Assembly: GCA_965213685.1 (NCBI GenBank)
Contig: CBDBZY010000015.1
Span: 1-18,635, forward strand
From: a bacterium
GTDB taxonomy: Bacteria > UBA8248
Reading direction: 5' to 3'
DNA length: 18,635 bases
The first letter of the stretch is position 1; every line of letters starts with the position of its first letter. The translations under genes and the position numbers were made by a program. Under the pieces are notes generated by a model. The model made no database searches. It saw only the letters and a program-made list of their open reading frames with translations, and was not told the DNA's origin. Positions 16,873 to 18,635 of this stretch are shown here, piece by piece.

Positions 16873-17228
16873 TCGGAGAGATTCCATATGCGCAGGGCGA
16901 ACAGGAGCTTTTGCGTTGTGGTCAATTCCACCTTGTCCAGACTGTCGGCCACCTTCATCGCCTCGAACAAGTCGCCCTCGAATTCGAGTTCTCCGTCACA
17001 ATACGCCTCGGCGAAGCCGTCCGCCTGGGGATTGAGCAGAACGCGCTTGAAGGAGCCGAGCGACGTGAACGTCACGGTGACGGGAATCACCTCCCGCCCC
17101 ACCGCCAACACCGTTCCGTCCCACATGCGGAAGTGGAGGCCGCATTCGAGGTTCCCGAAAACGCGGCGGAGAATTTCGCCGGCATGAGATGCGGCCGAGC
17201 GGCCCTTTTTTGCGGGGAATGGCTTCAC
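16869..17228 (-). CDS. Stand-alone protein resembling the N-terminal lipid-binding domain of CFA synthases (119 aa)
   Basis: FRMWDGT, VTVTFTSLGSFKRVLLNP and FAEAYCDGELEFEGDLFEAM resemble the xGEAYxxGxxxxxGDL motif of CFA synthase N-termini. GTG 17228 is preceded by GGGAGG at 8 nt. The stop overlaps the reductase start. Confidence 0.78.
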   Translation of the reverse strand: MKPFPAKKGRSAASHAGEILRRVFGNLECGLHFRMWDGTVLAVGREVIPVTVTFTSLGSFKRVLLNPQADGFAEAYCDGELEFEGDLFEAMKVADSLDKVELTTTQKLLFALRIWNLSE

Positions 17229-17365
17229 GGTTTCATCCTCCCGGAGCGCATGGGAAGGGAATGACATGCCCTGCATGAACCTGACGCGCTGCGTTGCGCA
17301 TGGCCTCTGGAAAGCGCAAGAAAGAAAATCCCGTCGCGCCTCATCATCAGACGCCCATGTATTTT

Positions 17366-17394
17366 GAATTAACGCCCAGGGCGGATTCTGTCAA
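17366..17394 (-). promoter_or_regulatory. Possible promoter of the lipid-modification cluster
   Basis: Minus strand TTGACA (17394-17389), then after 16-17 nt an AT-rich TTAATTCAAAATA. The -10 match is imperfect. Confidence 0.4.
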
Positions 17395-17463
17395 CCGCAT
17401 CCTGTGCCGTCGGGAGCAGGATGTTGATACATGACGATATGCGGCCGACGTCCGGGTGCGCGC

Positions 17464-18321
17464 CTATCGCAGCGAGGTCACCAGGATGACGCCGGCGACC
17501 GTAAACAGCGCGCCCAGGACGATGCGCCACGTGAATTTTTCCCTGCTCCCGAGGATCAGGGGCCCCAGGAGGAGCGTGAAAAGCGGCACCGTCGCGACCA
17601 GGGGCGAGACCCGGGACACCTCCCCCATGCTCAGGGCGGCCAGCAGACTCAGCTGGGCGGCGGACATGGCGAGGCCCGCCCAGAAAAAATTTTTCAACGA
17701 CGGGCCGTGAAACACGAACGGGCGCCACCCGGTGCTCGCCTTCAGGAACAACGGCCCCACGGCACACGCCGCCAGGGATTGCAGAAATCCCCCGAACAGA
17801 AGGGAGTCCACGCCCCCCAGCCCCACTTTCCGGAGCATGTGCGCCAGCCCGAAAAAAGCGGCCGAGGCGAACGGCAGGGCCAGCGCGCGGCCCCTGGCGA
17901 GCGCACCGCCCCCGCTCGACATCCAGAAAACCCCGGCCACGACGAAGACGATCCCGAGCCACACGCCGGCGGGGGGGCGTTCTCCCAGAAACAGAAAAGC
18001 CCAGAACGCCCCGAAAATCGCATGGGTGTTGGAGATGGCGCTCGTGGGAGCCACCCCGATTCTCTGGATCGAGCGGAACAGGAACAACAAGGCCAGTGCG
18101 GGGGAGGAAAGCCCCGCCGCGAGAAAGGCGACCCAGTAGATCGAAAACGATATGCCGGAGAAATCCACCAGTACCAGGCAAAGGGAGAAGAAGAAAAGCT
18201 GCATGAAAAGGACGACCAGGCTGCCCGTATGCGGCGTGCTGCCGTCCAGCCCCCTTCGCGTCATGATGCTCGAGAGGGCGAAGCAAAGGGCCGGGCTCAG
18301 CGCAACCACTTCAAACGGCAT
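17464..18321 (-). CDS. DMT/EamA family transporter
   Basis: 285 aa, about ten hydrophobic helices in two repeats; IGVAPTSAI, FLGERP, GEVSRVSPL, REKFTWR. GGAG upstream. Confidence 0.92.
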   Translation of the reverse strand: MPFEVVALSPALCFALSSIMTRRGLDGSTPHTGSLVVLFMQLFFFSLCLVLVDFSGISFSIYWVAFLAAGLSSPALALLFLFRSIQRIGVAPTSAISNTHAIFGAFWAFLFLGERPPAGVWLGIVFVVAGVFWMSSGGGALARGRALALPFASAAFFGLAHMLRKVGLGGVDSLLFGGFLQSLAACAVGPLFLKASTGWRPFVFHGPSLKNFFWAGLAMSAAQLSLLAALSMGEVSRVSPLVATVPLFTLLLGPLILGSREKFTWRIVLGALFTVAGVILVTSLR

Positions 18322-18387
18322 TCCGACTCCGAGCCAGCCGATCGCATCGGCCTGTTTCGCATGGGACGAAGAAGATGGAGGACGAGA

Positions 18388-18635
18388 TTACAGGACTTCC
18401 GGGTTCACGATGTTCACCGGCTTTCTCCCGGACAGGGCCATGCGCATGTTCTCGGCCGTTCGCTCCATGGCGGCGGCCTGCGTCTCCGGCGTCCGGGAGG
18501 CGTGGTGGGGACTGATGATGACGTTCTCCAGATTCCACAAGCCATGGTCTTTCGGCAGCGGCTCGGGGTCCGTGACGTCCAGCCCCGCACCGCCCAGATG
18601 GCCGCCGGCCATCACCTCGAGCAGGTCGTCGCTCA
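18388..18635 (-). CDS. D-2-hydroxyacid dehydrogenase, C-terminal part (5'-truncated by the window edge)
   Basis: GAGLDVTDPEPLP, NVIISPHHAS, GRKPVNIVNPEVL-stop. The frame is open to the window edge. Confidence 0.88.
   Translation of the reverse strand, partial: SDDLLEVMAGGHLGGAGLDVTDPEPLPKDHGLWNLENVIISPHHASRTPETQAAAMERTAENMRMALSGRKPVNIVNPEVL

Overview
GC-rich bacterial chromosomal window with no rRNA, tRNA, CRISPR array or mobile element that I can detect. Left to right: (1) a 5'-truncated octaheme cytochrome c with an apparent +1 frameshift at 231-233; (2) nfi, a long RelA/SpoT gene and a four-cluster polyferredoxin, all on the minus strand; (3) a divergent pair, a 55-aa KPDNIPI membrane peptide missed by the ORF track and a membrane-anchored Mrr-fold protein lacking its catalytic motif; (4) a minus-strand b6f-like Rieske / cytochrome b6 / subunit IV operon followed by a possible 36-aa single-helix ORF; (5) a D-2-hydroxyacid dehydrogenase, an isochorismatase-family hydrolase and ddl; (6) a minus-strand lipid-modification cluster in which a CFA-synthase-type methyltransferase is split into two genes with a geranylgeranyl-reductase-like flavoprotein between them, followed by a YheT-type hydrolase; (7) an EamA transporter and a second, partial hydroxyacid dehydrogenase. 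The best candidates for undescribed biology are the split methyltransferase/reductase cluster and the dispersed respiratory bc complex with small accessory genes. All family calls come from motif recognition by eye; no searches were run.
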